From the NCBI RefSeq assembly GCF_009914755.1, contig NC_060925.1: DNA of 64,000 nt. One strand, 5' to 3'. The notes under the pieces were generated by a model. The model was not told the DNA's origin and made no database searches. It saw nothing but the letters and a program-made list of their open reading frames with translations. The DNA comes from the human T2T-CHM13v2.0 reference genome, Homo sapiens. Position 1 is the first letter of the stretch. Every line of letters begins with the position of its first letter. This document shows, one piece after another, positions 61,980-64,000 of this stretch. A program made the translations under genes and the position numbers.

Positions 61980-62820
61980 TTTTTAAATTGAGATATACTT
62001 TACCATCTCACTCACCCTTTTAAACTGTATTGTTCAATGGTTTTCAGTATATTCAACAAGCAGTCGTGAATCACCATAATCAAATTTAGAGGGTTTTCAT
62101 CACCCTCAAAAGACATCCCAGGCCAGGCGCAGTGGCTCACGCCTGTAATCCAGCACTTTGGGAGGCAGAGGTGGGCGGATCGCTTGAGCTCACGAGTTTG
62201 AGACCAGCCACATAGCGAAACTCCGTCTCTACAAAAAATACAAAAATTAGCTGGGCATGATGGTGCATGCCTATAGTCCCACCTACTTGGGAGGCTAAGG
62301 TGGGAGGATGGCTTGAGTTGCGGGGGCAGAGGTTGCAGTAAGCCAAGATAGCACCACTGTACTCCAGCTTGGGCAACACAGCAAGACCTTGTTTCACAAA
62401 AAAAAAAAAAAAAAATCCCATACCCATTAGCAGTCACTTCCTATTCCTTCCACCCTCTCCATCTTTCCAGCCTTAGGCAGTGACAGATCTATTTTTTGTT
62501 TCTGTAGATTTGCCTGTTCTGGACAGTTCATTTACATGGAGTCTACAAAATTCAGCAGTCTTTTGTGAGAGGCTTCTTTCACTTGGCATGTTTTAAGGTT
62601 CATCTACACTGTGGCATTTACCAGTACCTCATTTCTTCTTATTGCCAAATAATATTCTATTGAGTGGATAGTCCACATTTTATTTATCCATTCATCAGTT
62701 CATGAAAGTTCAACCTGCTGCTACAAACATTTGTGTGTAAGTTATTGTGTGAGCATGTTTTCAATTCTCTTAGGTTTAGAACGTGGAGTAAAATTGCTGG
62801 GCCATATGGTAACTGCATTA
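61980..62820 (-). mobile_element. L1M 3' region interrupted by an Alu (62121-62415, +)
   Basis: ttcaatggttttcagtatattc...cccattagcagtcac...tttatttatccattcatcagtt. Confidence 0.75.
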
Positions 62821-64000
62821 TCTCTTTGATAATTTTGACTCTGCTGCTTTTTCTGCATGCTATCTCTGGAATGGGTATCGATTAGACTTTGAACTTTATG
62901 AACTTATTCTCTTTATTCTTACTTTTCTAATTTGCCATTTCTTAATCTTTCTGTTTTATTTTTGGGAAAATTTCATTTTATCTCCCAGCCCTCCCACTGA
63001 ATTTTTATTTCAACTTTCATATTTTTAATTTTCAAAAACTTTTTCTTATTTACTGAACATTATTTAATAGCATTCCGATTTTCCAAAAAATGTATGATTT
63101 TCTCTTCTTTCTGGGAGTACAGTCATCATTCTGGGATTTTGCTTTGTATGTATCTGTTTTCTTTGAGGTCCTTTATTCTCTTTGGTTTTTGTTTTAATTC
63201 ACTCAGTTAACCACTATGCATCGAGGGCCCATCATGTGCCAGCAATTATTCCAGGTGGATGGAACAAAGATTCCTGCCATTAAGGGACTTACAGTTTTTG
63301 GGTCTGTCTTTGATGCTGGAGACGCTCCTCAAATATTTGGTGAATCAGTTTTGTGCATTTTTAAAATATAAAACTTAAATAAAGTGCAGAAATTTTAAGT
63401 GTATAGTTCAACAAAATTTTACATACATATACAGCCATGTGAGCACCACTCAGATCAAGATACAGAACATTTTGCTCACCCAAAAATGTTTCCCGTGCCA
63501 TTCCCAGTTAATATCTCCCCTCTCCCCAGAGGGAACCACCATGGCTTAGTTTTGCCCATTCTGTGATTCCATACACAGGATGTATTCTCTTGTGCCTGGC
63601 TTTGCTTCTTTTATTCAATATAGTATCTTTGATATTGATCCACATTGTTATAACAGTAATTTGTTCTTTATTCCTGTATTCCTTCCCTGATTATTTGCCT
63701 AAAACATTCAAGACTGCTCAAATGCCACCTCTTCTACAAAGACTTCCATGACTACTCCCCTAAGTTCCACACATACATCTATCATACCATTTGCTGCATG
63801 GCATTATCATTGTTTGCACACTCATCCTCTTCACTGGAATATGACCTTCCTGAAGGCAACACTTGTCCTGAGTGTTTTCATTTCCTTTATCAAAAGAAGT
63901 AATAACAGTGATCATAGAGTACTCATATGCACCAGTTATTAGTCTAAGGCCTTCACATTATGAACTCATTTACTTCTCAGAATAACGCTATGAGGTAGGC

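Overview
This is hominid, almost certainly human, genomic DNA rather than a prokaryotic region. It is rich in Alu and L1 repeats and carries a hominid-specific SVA. The only complete protein-coding gene is BATF3 on the minus strand: three coding exons (28725-28636, 26028-25924, 15932-15744), all with GT-AG phase-0 introns, giving a 127-aa bZIP protein, with a CpG-island promoter at about 28.0-30.2 kb. From recalled synteny (1q32.3), the right part of the window should be the 3' end of NSL1; a candidate minus-strand terminal exon lies at about 55.1-56.2 kb, with modest support. Most of the rest is interspersed repeat: about 35 Alu copies or fragments, old L1/L2/CR1/MIR, MLT LTRs, MER2/MER5A/MER20/MADE1/Zaphod DNA transposons, a U6 retrocopy and a full-length SVA. 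Nearly all ORFs in the supplied track are repeat- or GC-derived artefacts. I found no convincing new multi-gene system. The best second-look items fall into two groups. Retrotransposition and repair fossils: an SVA with a 3' transduction, a tailless inverted Alu consistent with twin priming, and a ~95-bp templated insertion inside an Alu. Candidate BATF3 regulatory layers: a uORF and RNA G-quadruplex in the 5' leader, an in-frame skippable basic-region exon, and a STAT/AP-1/RUNX motif block about 22 kb upstream. Old-repeat boundaries and subfamily names are by eye and approximate.
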